28,557 nucleotides of DNA from Candidatus Asbonarchaeum danakilense (GCA_034190465.1 JAXINV010000036.1:1-28557), one strand, 5' to 3'. Counted from the stretch's first letter, positions 8,679-18,281 are shown. Made by a program: numbers and translations. Notes: generated by a model not told the origin, from the sequence alone.

Positions 8679-10880
8679 CTATCCGTACTGTTTGTCGAGT
8701 ATCTCCTTTATGCGTTCCGCCTTGCCCTCGCCGATGCCGTCCACCTTCTGCAGCTCGGTCTCGGAGGCGGCGAACACGTCCCTGACCGATCCGAAGTGCT
8801 GGAGAAGGCGTCCGGCGAGCTTGTCGGAGACGTTGGGCAACCCGGCGACGATGTACTTCTGCAGCTCGGTCTCTGACCGCGGTGAGCGCTCGCCCCGGAT
8901 GGTGACCTCCCGGTCCTGCTCCTCCTGCTCCCGCTTCGCCAGCGCGACCAGTGTGTCGGCGGTCTCCTTCTCGTCGCCGGTCCACAGGATCGGGACCTGG
9001 TAGTCGAGCGCGATGGAGGACAGCGCGCCCCGGATGGCGTTGGGATGCACGTCCCGGTGCCCGTACAGGTCCTCGCCCTCGATGAGCAGGACCGGCTGGT
9101 CGAACTGGCCTGTCATTTCTTTCAGCTGTGGGAACAGCCGCTGGTCGATGATGGAGTCGACGAAGTCGGCGGCGGATTTCCGCTCGACGGCGGTCCGGTC
9201 GGAGACGAGGAAGTCCGCGACCTCGAGCCGTTTCGTCCTGACGGTGGCCTCGCGCTGGGACAGTTTCTTCGCCAGGGTGTTCTCCCGGTCATCGGCGTAG
9301 ACGACCAGCGTGACGCCGTCCTCGTCTTCCTCGCTGTAGCTCTCCAGTGTCTTCTGCCCGCCCTGGACGTCCATGGAGTCGTCCTTCAAGTCTTCGAGCA
9401 CATCCTGCATCCTGTCTTCCTTGTTCTTGGCGCTCCAGTAGTATGCCTCGTCGCGGGTGTCCTCAGCCATGAGGACATAGATGTGGCCCTCCTCCTGTCT
9501 GCCTGTCCTGCCGCGGCGCTGGATGGTCCGGACCTCGGACGGGACGGGCTCGTAGAACACGACGTAGTCGACGGCAGGGATGTCGAGGCCTTCCTCGCCG
9601 ACGCTGGTGGAGACGAGGACATTGAAGTCGTCGTCCCGGAACCGGTCCAGGATCTCGATCTGCTGTTGCTGTGTCATGCCGCCGTCCTGCTGGCCCTTAA
9701 ACTTCTCAGGCTCGATGTGCGGCTGGTCCTCCAATGCGTCGTGGATGATGTCGACGGAGTCCCGGTACTGTGTGAAGACGATGGCGGTGTCGTCGCCTGT
9801 CATTTTTTTGGACAGCAGGTCCTCGAGCTCCTGCATCTTAGGGTGGCGCTTGTCGTTCTTGTGCATCCATTCGGTGACCGCTATGGCGTTCTTGAAGTCC
9901 TCGTCGTCCAGCAGCCGCTTGGCGGCCTTGGAGCCGGGGTCGTTCTTCATGTTCTCGAGGAAGTCGTACAGGTTCTCGACGCCCTGTGTCTCGAGCAGTT
10001 CGAGGGCGTGGTCGACCTTCATCGCTGCGGCGATCCGCGAGATCGCCTGGTACAGTTCGGGGTCGTCGCTGGATGAGAGCTGCTTCCGTATCTTGCTCCG
10101 CGCCTTGAGCAGGTCCTTCCGGTTGGACGAGCCGTTCAGGAAGCCCTTGTCCTCCAGCTGCTTGACGCGCTTCCGCTTGGCCTGCTCCAGGTGGTTCTTG
10201 ACGCGTTCGAAGTGCCGGTCGAGTGAGACCTTCTTCCAGTTGACCTCCTTCCGCTGGACGTACGGTTTGACATCGGGGTCGTCCTCGGTCCGGACCTCGA
10301 TGTTGCCCAGTTTCAGGTTCTCGGCGACTTGCTCGATCTTGTCCCGGTCGCCGCCGGGTGAGGCGGTCAGGCCGAGGATCCGCGGGTCGTCGGCCTTCTT
10401 GTGGTATTTGTCTGCGATGAAGCTGTAGGGGTAGTCGCCGGTCGCGCGATGGCATTCGTCGAACACGACGAGGGAGAACCTGCTGAGGTCGAGGCGGTCG
10501 GCGATGATGTCGTTCTCGACGACCTGCGGCGTGGCGAAGAACGCACCGATTTCGTTCCAGACCTCCTCCCGCTTCTCGGGGCGGGTGTCGCCGGTCAGGA
10601 CCTCGAAGATGTCGGTGCCGTTGTCCAGCGCCCGCTGGAAGCTGTCCCGGTGCTGCTCGGTGAGCGGTCGGGTCGGGGCGAGGACGAGGATGTTGGAGCC
10701 GGGATGGTCCTCGAGCCGCTTGGCTGCGAGGATGATGGCGACGGCGGTCTTGCCGAGGCCGGTGGGCAGGACGCAGAGCGTGTTCTCGTCGGCCGCGCTT
10801 GCAGCGATCAGCTCCTGGTACGTCCGGGACTCCAGCGTCTCGTCCTTGAGGTTCGGGTGCTCGATGTAGTCGTCCGGCAT
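8679..10880 (-). CDS. hef: Hef helicase/nuclease (FANCM/Mph1-like SF2 helicase plus ERCC4 nuclease and HhH)
   Basis: LPTGLGKT, DECH, TASPG, EEGLDIP, QRRGRTGR, ERKSAADF and C-terminal HhH motifs; ATG at 10880. Confidence 0.93.
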   Translation of the reverse strand: MPDDYIEHPNLKDETLESRTYQELIAASAADENTLCVLPTGLGKTAVAIILAAKRLEDHPGSNILVLAPTRPLTEQHRDSFQRALDNGTDIFEVLTGDTRPEKREEVWNEIGAFFATPQVVENDIIADRLDLSRFSLVVFDECHRATGDYPYSFIADKYHKKADDPRILGLTASPGGDRDKIEQVAENLKLGNIEVRTEDDPDVKPYVQRKEVNWKKVSLDRHFERVKNHLEQAKRKRVKQLEDKGFLNGSSNRKDLLKARSKIRKQLSSSDDPELYQAISRIAAAMKVDHALELLETQGVENLYDFLENMKNDPGSKAAKRLLDDEDFKNAIAVTEWMHKNDKRHPKMQELEDLLSKKMTGDDTAIVFTQYRDSVDIIHDALEDQPHIEPEKFKGQQDGGMTQQQQIEILDRFRDDDFNVLVSTSVGEEGLDIPAVDYVVFYEPVPSEVRTIQRRGRTGRQEEGHIYVLMAEDTRDEAYYWSAKNKEDRMQDVLEDLKDDSMDVQGGQKTLESYSEEDEDGVTLVVYADDRENTLAKKLSQREATVRTKRLEVADFLVSDRTAVERKSAADFVDSIIDQRLFPQLKEMTGQFDQPVLLIEGEDLYGHRDVHPNAIRGALSSIALDYQVPILWTGDEKETADTLVALAKREQEEQDREVTIRGERSPRSETELQKYIVAGLPNVSDKLAGRLLQHFGSVRDVFAASETELQKVDGIGEGKAERIKEILDKQYG

Positions 10881-10943
10881 CGGGAGAAGCTGGTGGTGCA
10901 AGATTGATAAGGCTGAGCTGTCGGTTCCGTGACGACCGCTACG

Positions 10944-12230
10944 TCATTCCCGTCCGTGCTTGAGGGCTGTCGGCGTCCCTCCGGCGTGCCACGAGATGCG
11001 CGGCCTGATCCTGAGGGAGTAGACCCGCTCGGAGTTGTCGTCCAGCGCGATGGCGGCTCCCTTCACTCTCGGCAGGTTGTCGATGTAGGTTGAGAGGTCG
11101 TACCGCATGTAAGTCTGCATGATGCTCTTCAGCGCCTCGATGTCGCTCTTGGCGGTGAGCCGATGGGAGAGAACGATGTCACACTGGCTGAGCGCGTCGG
11201 GATCAAGCTTGTACGGCTGCTGAGTGGCGAGGACGAGCGATACGCCTGGTTCACGGCCGATCTTGACCCAGGACAGCAGTGGGTCGGAGGCCGGGGTCTC
11301 GTGGTCGTTGGGGATGAACTGGTGGGCCTCGTCGATCAGCATCCAGACGATCGGGGATTCTGAGGTCTGGATGCCTTCCATCTCTTCCATCTCTTCGATC
11401 CGCTTGGATGCCATCCGTTCGCGCAGGACTTTCTTGGCGAGCAGTCCGACGACGAGCGACCTGACGGACCATGAGCCCCGAACGTCGCCGAACAGGGAGA
11501 GGTCGAGGACGGAGAGGCTTCCACGACGGGTGAAGGCGTCGATGTCGGTGCCGTCCTTGTCGAAGATGCCCCACTCCCGGGCGGCGGACAGCCGGTTGAT
11601 GAGGCCTTTCCGGACCTCATCCTTGAAGTCGCCCTGGGTCTCGGTGTATTCGATCATCTCCTCGAGGCCGTAGTCGGTGCCGTGGTCGTTGCGCAGGTCG
11701 CGAAGGACGCGTTCGAGGAGGATGCCGCGGGGCTCGTTCATCTCGATGTCGAACGCCATCGCCCAGTCGCCGCTGGACAGGTCGCCGGGCTTGATGGTGA
11801 AAGTTTCGTCGAACGGGATGTCCCGCTCGCGGAACGTGTCGGCCTGGCCCTCGGGGATGAACAGTTCGATCTCCATGCTCTCGGGCTTGATGTCCCATTT
11901 GTCCAGCAGGACCGCATCGTCTTCGTTGGGGAATTTCATGCTCCAGTAGATGCCCATGGAGTCGATGATGATGCCGGAGATGTTGTTGGCGACGTCCTCG
12001 TCGGCTGTGAGAAGTTCTTCTGCCATGACGCCGAGGCTGTACGACTTGCCTGTGCCTCGCTTGCCGAAGACGCCGATGACGTGCGGACGGGCTATGTCCA
12101 TCCGGATGGGGTTGGCGGTGGTGGCCTCCTGTTTCTCGCCGACGAGGTGCTTGCCGATGTAGCCGGTGCCTGCCTCGGCGCCGAACTCTTCGATGTCTTC
12201 GTCGCTCCGTCCGATGGTGATCTTCGGCAT
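10944..12230 (-). CDS. HerA/FtsK-superfamily ATPase (DUF87-like)
   Basis: Walker A GKRGTGKS, IIIDSMGIY, Walker B LIDEAH, GREPGVSLVLATQQP. Confidence 0.85.
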   Translation of the reverse strand: MPKITIGRSDEDIEEFGAEAGTGYIGKHLVGEKQEATTANPIRMDIARPHVIGVFGKRGTGKSYSLGVMAEELLTADEDVANNISGIIIDSMGIYWSMKFPNEDDAVLLDKWDIKPESMEIELFIPEGQADTFRERDIPFDETFTIKPGDLSSGDWAMAFDIEMNEPRGILLERVLRDLRNDHGTDYGLEEMIEYTETQGDFKDEVRKGLINRLSAAREWGIFDKDGTDIDAFTRRGSLSVLDLSLFGDVRGSWSVRSLVVGLLAKKVLRERMASKRIEEMEEMEGIQTSESPIVWMLIDEAHQFIPNDHETPASDPLLSWVKIGREPGVSLVLATQQPYKLDPDALSQCDIVLSHRLTAKSDIEALKSIMQTYMRYDLSTYIDNLPRVKGAAIALDDNSERVYSLRIRPRISWHAGGTPTALKHGRE

Positions 12231-12271
12231 CGCTGCTTATCTGTTCTCGCTGTCAGGGTAAAAATGTTTGT

Positions 12272-13663
12272 TCAGTCCGGGGTGACGGTCACTTCGATGA
12301 AGTCAGCGCCGCTCACGACGTTGAAGGACATGGTGTAGTCGACGACGCTGATGGGACGGAGATGCGCGGTGACGCTGCCGGTGGGTAGACCGAGGCCGGT
12401 CCGCTCGACGCTCGTGTAGCCGAACCCGTACGCTGAGGTCGTCCGGCTGTTGATCCGGGCGCTGATCGACGGATCGGTGAGTGTGGTGTCGCTGTCGGTG
12501 TTCTGGTGCCGCACAAGGAGATTATCCGTTCGGAAGAAGCTCTGGTCGTAGATGAGCGTCCTGTACCGTGCTTTCAGCTCTTTGTCGCTCATGGGGTAGC
12601 TGTAGACCGCGGCTTCGTCGATAGCACCGTTGAATTCCTGGCTCGGCGCGCTGTGGTAGGAGCCGATGACGATGCCCCGCCCGCTGTTGACCTGGGTGCT
12701 TGCGGAGCCATTCCAGTCGCTGAGGTCGCCGTTCAGGTACAGCGAGGTGTTGTCGCTGCTGTCGTCGAACCGGAGGGCGACGTGATGCCATTCGCCGACT
12801 TCGTCACTCCCGAACTGTCGGCTGGTGACGGTGGCGGTCTGTGTCCCGTCCCGTATCGTTCCTTCAAGCCGGCCATCGTTGAAGTGGAGCTGGAAACCCT
12901 CTTGGATGCTGCCGCTTGCATCGCTGACGATGATAGCGTTGTTCGGGTTGCTTCCAGGGGCCTCGTCAAGGCGGAACCAGGCCATCACTGTGATGGAGCC
13001 GTTGATGCCGAGGTCTGGAGCGGTCGCGAAGTCGTTGCTGCCGTCGAACAGCAGGCAGTTCCCGACGTAGCAGCCGGATGTTCGTTCGGGGTCGTTGCCG
13101 TCGGTGCCGGACGTGCTGCCGAGGGTTCCGTTGTTGCCCTTGCCGGACTGGTCGACGAGGGTCTGTCCACGTCCTTCGGCGTTCCAGTAGCCGACGAGCC
13201 CTGCCGCGGGGCCCTGTCCGATCTTCCGGATGCAGGCGCTGATGTGGTCGTTGCGAAGCCGCCAACATTCGACGCCGTTGACGGTGGTTATGTTGACATT
13301 GACGCTAGCTCCGGCGGATATGCGTATGTTACCGACTGTACGTGAGCTTTTTGGAGATATTATGGGGCTTTCTGTGTCTATGAGGTATTCTATCGTGTTG
13401 CTTCCGGGGTCGATGCGCAGCCGTCCTTTAGAGAACCGTAAGGTGCTCTGGACGGTCGTTCCTTCACCTGTCTCGGTGACGGCCTGAATCACGTTGTTGA
13501 GCTCGCCGAGCGAGTCCATCATCTGGTTGATGGCGCGGGTATCGCCGAGGTTGTCGGTGATGCTCATGACGCCTGTGACAAGGATGGCGATGACTGTCGC
13601 TCCCACGCCGAGGTAGATGGCGCCGCTGATGAGGGGTGAGACTGCTTTACGAGATGCTTGCAT
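12272..13663 (-). CDS. Type IV pilin/archaellin-like (class III signal) protein with LamG domain
   Basis: RKA|VSPLISGAIYLGV class III signal; GLVGYW...DQSGKGNNGT...FDGSND...WHHVA...FNGAIDE LamG/ConA motifs. Confidence 0.8.
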   Translation of the reverse strand: MQASRKAVSPLISGAIYLGVGATVIAILVTGVMSITDNLGDTRAINQMMDSLGELNNVIQAVTETGEGTTVQSTLRFSKGRLRIDPGSNTIEYLIDTESPIISPKSSRTVGNIRISAGASVNVNITTVNGVECWRLRNDHISACIRKIGQGPAAGLVGYWNAEGRGQTLVDQSGKGNNGTLGSTSGTDGNDPERTSGCYVGNCLLFDGSNDFATAPDLGINGSITVMAWFRLDEAPGSNPNNAIIVSDASGSIQEGFQLHFNDGRLEGTIRDGTQTATVTSRQFGSDEVGEWHHVALRFDDSSDNTSLYLNGDLSDWNGSASTQVNSGRGIVIGSYHSAPSQEFNGAIDEAAVYSYPMSDKELKARYRTLIYDQSFFRTDNLLVRHQNTDSDTTLTDPSISARINSRTTSAYGFGYTSVERTGLGLPTGSVTAHLRPISVVDYTMSFNVVSGADFIEVTVTPD

Positions 13664-14642
13664 TGATGGACACCTGTTTTTCGCCTGTCTGCTGGTTGAC
13701 GCCTGTGTTTGTGTAGGTGAGCTGGTAGAAGCCTGGTGCGAGTGAGAGCCTGTTGACGAGGTCGATGTTTTCGTAGTGGAGTGACAGCTTCACGAGGATG
13801 TCCTCGGCGAGTTCGAATGCGAAGTTGGGGTTGAACTGGCTCATGAAGTTGTTCTCGCGGATGAGCCGGAACCGCTGCTCGATGTCGAACCGGGTGCCGA
13901 TGGTGAAGGGCAGGAACCACTGGAGGTCGGCTGCGGTGAACAGGGTGATGTTGAGCTTCGCCCGGTTGCCCTGGCTGCCGCTCCTGACCATCTGAGGGAG
14001 GCCGCCGCCACCGACGATACCGGTGATACGCTCACCTTTCGTCACTGCCGCGTAGCCGGGCTCGTCTGTCGATGTGTTCCCGCCTTCGAAGGTACCGATG
14101 TTGCCGTTGGTGATGAACTGGGTGTTGCCGCCCATCGTGAACTCGTAGGCGACTGTTGCGTTCTGGAACAGTGCCCCGCAGACCTGCCAGGGGTAGTGGC
14201 CCGGCCTGGCGATGTGCTGTTCCTCGGGGCTGTAGATGGAGACGATCGGCTCGGAGTTGCCGCTGCATGTCCTGCGGACGCTGGTCGCGAGGTTCGCTGC
14301 ACAGAGGACGTAGTCGTACCGCTCCTCGTCGGGCGCCAGGTGTGTCTGCCCGGAGTCGGGGTCGTAGAAGGAGAGCACTGGGTTCCGAAGCCGCTGATTG
14401 CAGCTCTGTGCGATGTTGACCCCTTCGACATCCTCGGAGGCGCAGACAACTTTTCCGTCCTGGCCGTACGAGCCGGTGAAGTCGGCATAGTGGCCGGGTC
14501 CTGCTGCGTGGGCGTTGGTGGTGTTGGACATGGAGAACAGCGCGGTCTCGTCGGTGCCGCAGCTGTCCCGGAGGGTGAAGTCCAGGGCGGCTCCGCTGCC
14601 TGCAAGCAGGATGACCACGAGGACGGGGACGAACTTCCGCAT
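13647..14642 (-). CDS. Secreted protein with three Cys/His-containing repeats
   Basis: Signal peptide MRKFVPVLVVILLAGSGAA; three C-x(5-8)-hhS-x(5-8)-H...Y...hC units; overlaps the start of the pilin-LamG gene. Confidence 0.7.
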   Translation of the reverse strand: MRKFVPVLVVILLAGSGAALDFTLRDSCGTDETALFSMSNTTNAHAAGPGHYADFTGSYGQDGKVVCASEDVEGVNIAQSCNQRLRNPVLSFYDPDSGQTHLAPDEERYDYVLCAANLATSVRRTCSGNSEPIVSIYSPEEQHIARPGHYPWQVCGALFQNATVAYEFTMGGNTQFITNGNIGTFEGGNTSTDEPGYAAVTKGERITGIVGGGGLPQMVRSGSQGNRAKLNITLFTAADLQWFLPFTIGTRFDIEQRFRLIRENNFMSQFNPNFAFELAEDILVKLSLHYENIDLVNRLSLAPGFYQLTYTNTGVNQQTGEKQVSINASIS

Positions 14643-14706
14643 GGTAAAAGACAGGGTTATCACGGGTTATAATGGTTGCGGCACAGCCGGGCCACGTGGC
14701 CTCATA

Positions 14707-15315
14707 TCAGCGGAGCGATGTGTTGGAGTACGGGTAGGTGCACCCGGTGAGCTGTTCGTAGAAGCCGACGGTCTTGACACCCTGGTAGATGGTGCCGTTG
14801 TAGATGGTGACGGGGATGCGGGTGGCGCCCTGCTGGAGCAGGGTCTGCCTGGTCTGGTTGTCCATCTCGACGTAGATGTCCTGGACGGCGTTCGCCCCGC
14901 CAAGGATCTGGATCTGTGCGCGCGTGGCGTTCCGGCTACTGTCGCCGACGATCCGGATCGGTCTGCCGCTGAGGCAGCTGATGAAGTCCTGTCGTGCAGC
15001 GGCTGTTTGTGTAGCCTGGGTGATGTTGACTGGGTTCTGGATCAGGAAGCTGCCGTCCTTGGTGACGTAGATTTTGTTCAACTGTCCTTGCTGGGAGACG
15101 ACGACCTGATACAGGCTGCCGGACGCGGAGGTTACGGAGACGATCTCGATAGTCTGTCCCTGCGCCTCGAAAATCTGCTTGACCTGGTCGGCTGCTTCGT
15201 CCTTCCCGATCTGCTGTGTGCTGGTGGTGTAGAACAGGAGGCCGAAGATGAGGACGACGATGCCGACTGCACCGAGGACGCGCTCGGCAGAGATGGGAGG
15301 ACGGATCGTGTCCAT
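14707..15315 (-). CDS. Membrane-anchored DsbC-N/thioredoxin-like protein lacking CxxC
   Basis: TM helix, SLYQVVV...IYVTKDGSFL, FISCL...IPVTIYNG...LTGC; TATAAA at ~15339-15344 favours ATG 15315 (alternative start 15339). Confidence 0.6.
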   Translation of the reverse strand: MDTIRPPISAERVLGAVGIVVLIFGLLFYTTSTQQIGKDEAADQVKQIFEAQGQTIEIVSVTSASGSLYQVVVSQQGQLNKIYVTKDGSFLIQNPVNITQATQTAAARQDFISCLSGRPIRIVGDSSRNATRAQIQILGGANAVQDIYVEMDNQTRQTLLQQGATRIPVTIYNGTIYQGVKTVGFYEQLTGCTYPYSNTSLR

Positions 15316-15400
15316 GAAGGGTTCTGGTGGACCCGACATTTATAGATGCTTGCGTTGCGGCGGGCGAAGGGATTAAAGCATCGGCCGCCCAGTAAGGAGT

Positions 15401-15574
15401 ATGACGGAGAAGGAAGCGGCCGATGCCCGGGATGCGTTGCTTGAGAAATTGGTGAAGACGGCCTCTGATCGCGGGCTCCGGCTGGAACTGGAGTTCGATG
15501 ATCAGGAGATGGCGGTCGGTGACAGTTCGCTGACGCTGAACGGGAAGACGATCATCGAGGGCGATGAAGGATGA
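15401..15574 (+). CDS. Small acidic hypothetical protein (57 aa; not in the ORF track)
   Basis: MTEKEAADARDALLEKLVKTASDRGLRLELEFDDQEMAVGDSSLTLNGKTIIEGDEG; TATA-like ATTAAA at ~15372 and AGGAG upstream; ATGA overlap with the next gene. Confidence 0.7.
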   Translation: MTEKEAADARDALLEKLVKTASDRGLRLELEFDDQEMAVGDSSLTLNGKTIIEGDEG

Positions 15575-15801
15575 TGCGTGCCACACTATTCTCGAACGAG
15601 AGGAAGACGTTCGAGGTGGAGGAGACGGAGGACAGGATCCTGCTCCAGCTGCACAGTGCCTGGGAGGCGCTCCACCTGATTGGTGTGGCGCTGGCGTTCC
15701 GCCGGTTCAGGAAGGAGACCGCGCAGGAACGCGAGGAGCAGGAGGAAGGCATGGAGAAGGATGTAACGGTGAAGTACGGGCCGTTCCAGTGGACGTTCTG
15801 A
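15571..15801 (+). CDS. Hypothetical protein (76 aa)
   Basis: Acidic ORF coupled by ATGA overlap; typical codon usage. Confidence 0.6.
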   Translation: MMRATLFSNERKTFEVEETEDRILLQLHSAWEALHLIGVALAFRRFRKETAQEREEQEEGMEKDVTVKYGPFQWTF

Positions 15802-15805
15802 GGTT

Positions 15806-16144
15806 CTAGTGGAGGTGGAACGGGTCGTGGACCTCGACGACCTCGAGCCGTCGCCCGATCAGGTAGCCGAGAACATAGATTGCGGCGACTTCCAACAGGT
15901 TGAGTGTGAGGAATAGCTGCAGGAACCCGATCAGGGCCAGTGACACGATGCCGGCGGTGATGTTGTCCTCGAAGTAAGCTCGTTTGATCGTGCCGATGAC
16001 GAAGCCGGTGAGGAAGCTGACGATGATGCTGGCCGGCAATCCGAGCTTGGACAGTGTGAACCAGCCGAGCAGCCCGGCCGGTACGGAGATGATGGCGACG
16101 AGTACGAAGAAGAACGCGATGCCGGTGGCGATGGTCCGTGCCAT
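15806..16144 (-). CDS. Small multi-pass membrane protein
   Basis: About 4 hydrophobic helices; ATG 16144 lies ~25 nt from the AT-rich box at 16164-16177. Confidence 0.65.
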   Translation of the reverse strand: MARTIATGIAFFFVLVAIISVPAGLLGWFTLSKLGLPASIIVSFLTGFVIGTIKRAYFEDNITAGIVSLALIGFLQLFLTLNLLEVAAIYVLGYLIGRRLEVVEVHDPFHLH

Positions 16145-16209
16145 GACACGCAACTATGCGGCGTTTTATTTAATAAACCTGCAGCATCCACAGGCAGGTG
16201 GCGATACTG

Positions 16210-17121
16210 ATGTTCTGGCGTGATGATACGACGACCCAGTTCAGCTTTTTCGGTGGCAAGGGCGGTGTGGGAAAGACCTCGGTCTCTGCGGCGACCGCGC
16301 TGCGCCGGGCGAAGGACGGGGAGACGGTGCTGCTGATCAGCACGGATCCTGCACATTCGGTCTCGGACGTGTTCGACACGGAGATCGACGGTGAGGCGGA
16401 GATCCGGGACAACCTGTACGCGGTGGAGATTGACCCGGAGGAGGCGGTGGAGCAGTACGAGGATGAGATGGCGATGGAGGATGTGCCGGACGCCCTGGAA
16501 GGGATGAACATGCTGTCGAAGACGCCGGGGATGGACGAGATGGCGGCGTTCAACCAGTTCATGAAGTACATGCGGTCGGACGAGTACGACCACATCGTGT
16601 TCGACACGGCGCCGACCGGCCACACCCTGAACCTGCTGCAGCTGCCGGAGCTGATGGATTCGATGGTCGGCACGATGCTGAAGATGCGGATGCGGATCTC
16701 TGGCGCGATGGATATGGTCAAGGGGCTGTTCGGCGGTGACGACGAGGACGATGACGAGGAGGATCCGGGCGTGAAGCAGCTGAAGGAGATGAAGGAACGG
16801 ATCGAGGAGGCGCGCGAGCTGCTGAAGAGCGATGCGACCTGTTTCAACTTTGTGCTGATCCCAGAGACGATGTCGGTCTATGAGACGGAACGGGCGATCG
16901 ATGCGGTCAGGGAGGAGGATATAGCTGTCGGGAAGCTGTACATGAACAAGGTGTTACCGGCGAACGAGGACTGTGCGTTCTGTTCGGCCCGGCGTTCGAT
17001 GCAGCAGGAGAACATCGCTGCGGCGCGTGACCGGTTCGGCGAGCTTGTTGAGATCCCGCTGTTCCGTGAGGAGGTCCGCGGGCTGGAGATGCTTGAGACG
17101 ATGGGTGAGCACCTGGGTTAG
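16210..17121 (+). CDS. ArsA/GET3 (TRC40)-family ATPase
   Basis: GGKGGVGKT, STDPAHS, PGMDE, DTAPTGHT; Met-rich helical insert; C-terminal CAFC zinc motif. Confidence 0.9.
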   Translation: MFWRDDTTTQFSFFGGKGGVGKTSVSAATALRRAKDGETVLLISTDPAHSVSDVFDTEIDGEAEIRDNLYAVEIDPEEAVEQYEDEMAMEDVPDALEGMNMLSKTPGMDEMAAFNQFMKYMRSDEYDHIVFDTAPTGHTLNLLQLPELMDSMVGTMLKMRMRISGAMDMVKGLFGGDDEDDDEEDPGVKQLKEMKERIEEARELLKSDATCFNFVLIPETMSVYETERAIDAVREEDIAVGKLYMNKVLPANEDCAFCSARRSMQQENIAAARDRFGELVEIPLFREEVRGLEMLETMGEHLG

Positions 17122-17786
17122 AGCCAGCCGCGGGTGAGTGCGAAGACTGCGAGGCTCATCGCGACGATGAACAGCCAGATGACAGTGTTCCACCGCAGGA
17201 CTTTCTTTCCGTCGACGGGGCCGAACGGCACCATGGCGAACAGTGCGAGCAGGGCGTTGATCTCGCCGCCGATCAGGAAGATGTTCCGCTCGAGGCCGAA
17301 CATGGGGACGAGCGGGGACAGCATGACGAGCCCCATACCGACGGTGAGGTTGACGAGCGGTCCGATGGAGGCGATGATACCCATCTGCTGCGGTGACAGG
17401 TTGATCTGCCACCGTCCGGCGCGCTCGGTGTACTCAGAGCTGATGACGATGCCGCCGACAGCGGCGAAGACGACCCCGAGGAAGGAGCTAAGGATGGCGA
17501 TGACGATGCCTGGCGGCCATATCTCGTAGGTGGCGTAGCTCTCGAGTGCCCGCGACGTGCCTTTCTGTGCCATCTCTTTGGCGACGAGGGAGAGGCCGAC
17601 GACGACGCCGGTGATGAGGAAGTATTTGAGGAAGGATGGCTGGAGGACGAAAGAGAACGTTCTGTCGCCGCCGAAGACGGTGAGGGTGAAGGCGAAGCTG
17701 AGCGCGACGGCTGAGACGATGAGGTCCCGGACCTCTTCTGAGGTGTGCTCGTAGGCGGTCTGTCCTTCGCCGCTGATGATCTTCAT
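17118..17786 (-). CDS. M50/site-2-protease-like membrane protein, catalytically degenerate
   Basis: EVRDLIVS..., IASIGPLVN and P.GPVDG.KV fold motifs; HExxH replaced by KEMAQ. Confidence 0.75.
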   Translation of the reverse strand: MKIISGEGQTAYEHTSEEVRDLIVSAVALSFAFTLTVFGGDRTFSFVLQPSFLKYFLITGVVVGLSLVAKEMAQKGTSRALESYATYEIWPPGIVIAILSSFLGVVFAAVGGIVISSEYTERAGRWQINLSPQQMGIIASIGPLVNLTVGMGLVMLSPLVPMFGLERNIFLIGGEINALLALFAMVPFGPVDGKKVLRWNTVIWLFIVAMSLAVFALTRGWL

Positions 17787-18259
17787 GTTGCCAGCTCCAG
17801 GGCGTTGTTGACGTCGTATTCGGCGCCGTCACGCTCGATCTGTGGGAAGTCCTGGATGGTGTCGATCGGGAGTCCGACCGCACCTGTCTCGTATTTCCTA
17901 TCGACGACCTCCCACGGGACGAGGTAGGCCTTCCGTGCTTTGCCGCGGCCGCGTTTGAGTTCGACCGCTAGGAATCCTTTTCTCCCGGAGCGGTTTAAAA
18001 ATTCCGTTATCCGCTCGACCTGGTGCCGGTCGTTGGCCTCGGAGAAGTGCTGGGAGAAGTACAGTGTGTTGTTCTTCGAGGTCTTGAGCGATTTGTTCTC
18101 CACGCCGAGGTAGTAGTCGTCGTACGGGGAGTCGACGAGGATGTCGAGGAACTGGCTGCTGAAACGGTGCTGTTTCCGCCTGTAGGCGATTCCTTCGAGG
18201 CCGCTGTCGTCAAAGTAGCGGTTGAACGCCTTGACCAGTTCCCGCTCGAAGTCTGTCAT
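17783..18259 (-). CDS. PD-(D/E)XK nuclease, Holliday junction resolvase-like
   Basis: FERELV...DILVDS...GVENKS...Q...FLAVE pattern; ATG 18259; stop overlaps the next start. Confidence 0.7.
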   Translation of the reverse strand: MTDFERELVKAFNRYFDDSGLEGIAYRRKQHRFSSQFLDILVDSPYDDYYLGVENKSLKTSKNNTLYFSQHFSEANDRHQVERITEFLNRSGRKGFLAVELKRGRGKARKAYLVPWEVVDRKYETGAVGLPIDTIQDFPQIERDGAEYDVNNALELAT

Positions 18260-18281
18260 GGTTAACGGTTGGTTGCGTGGG

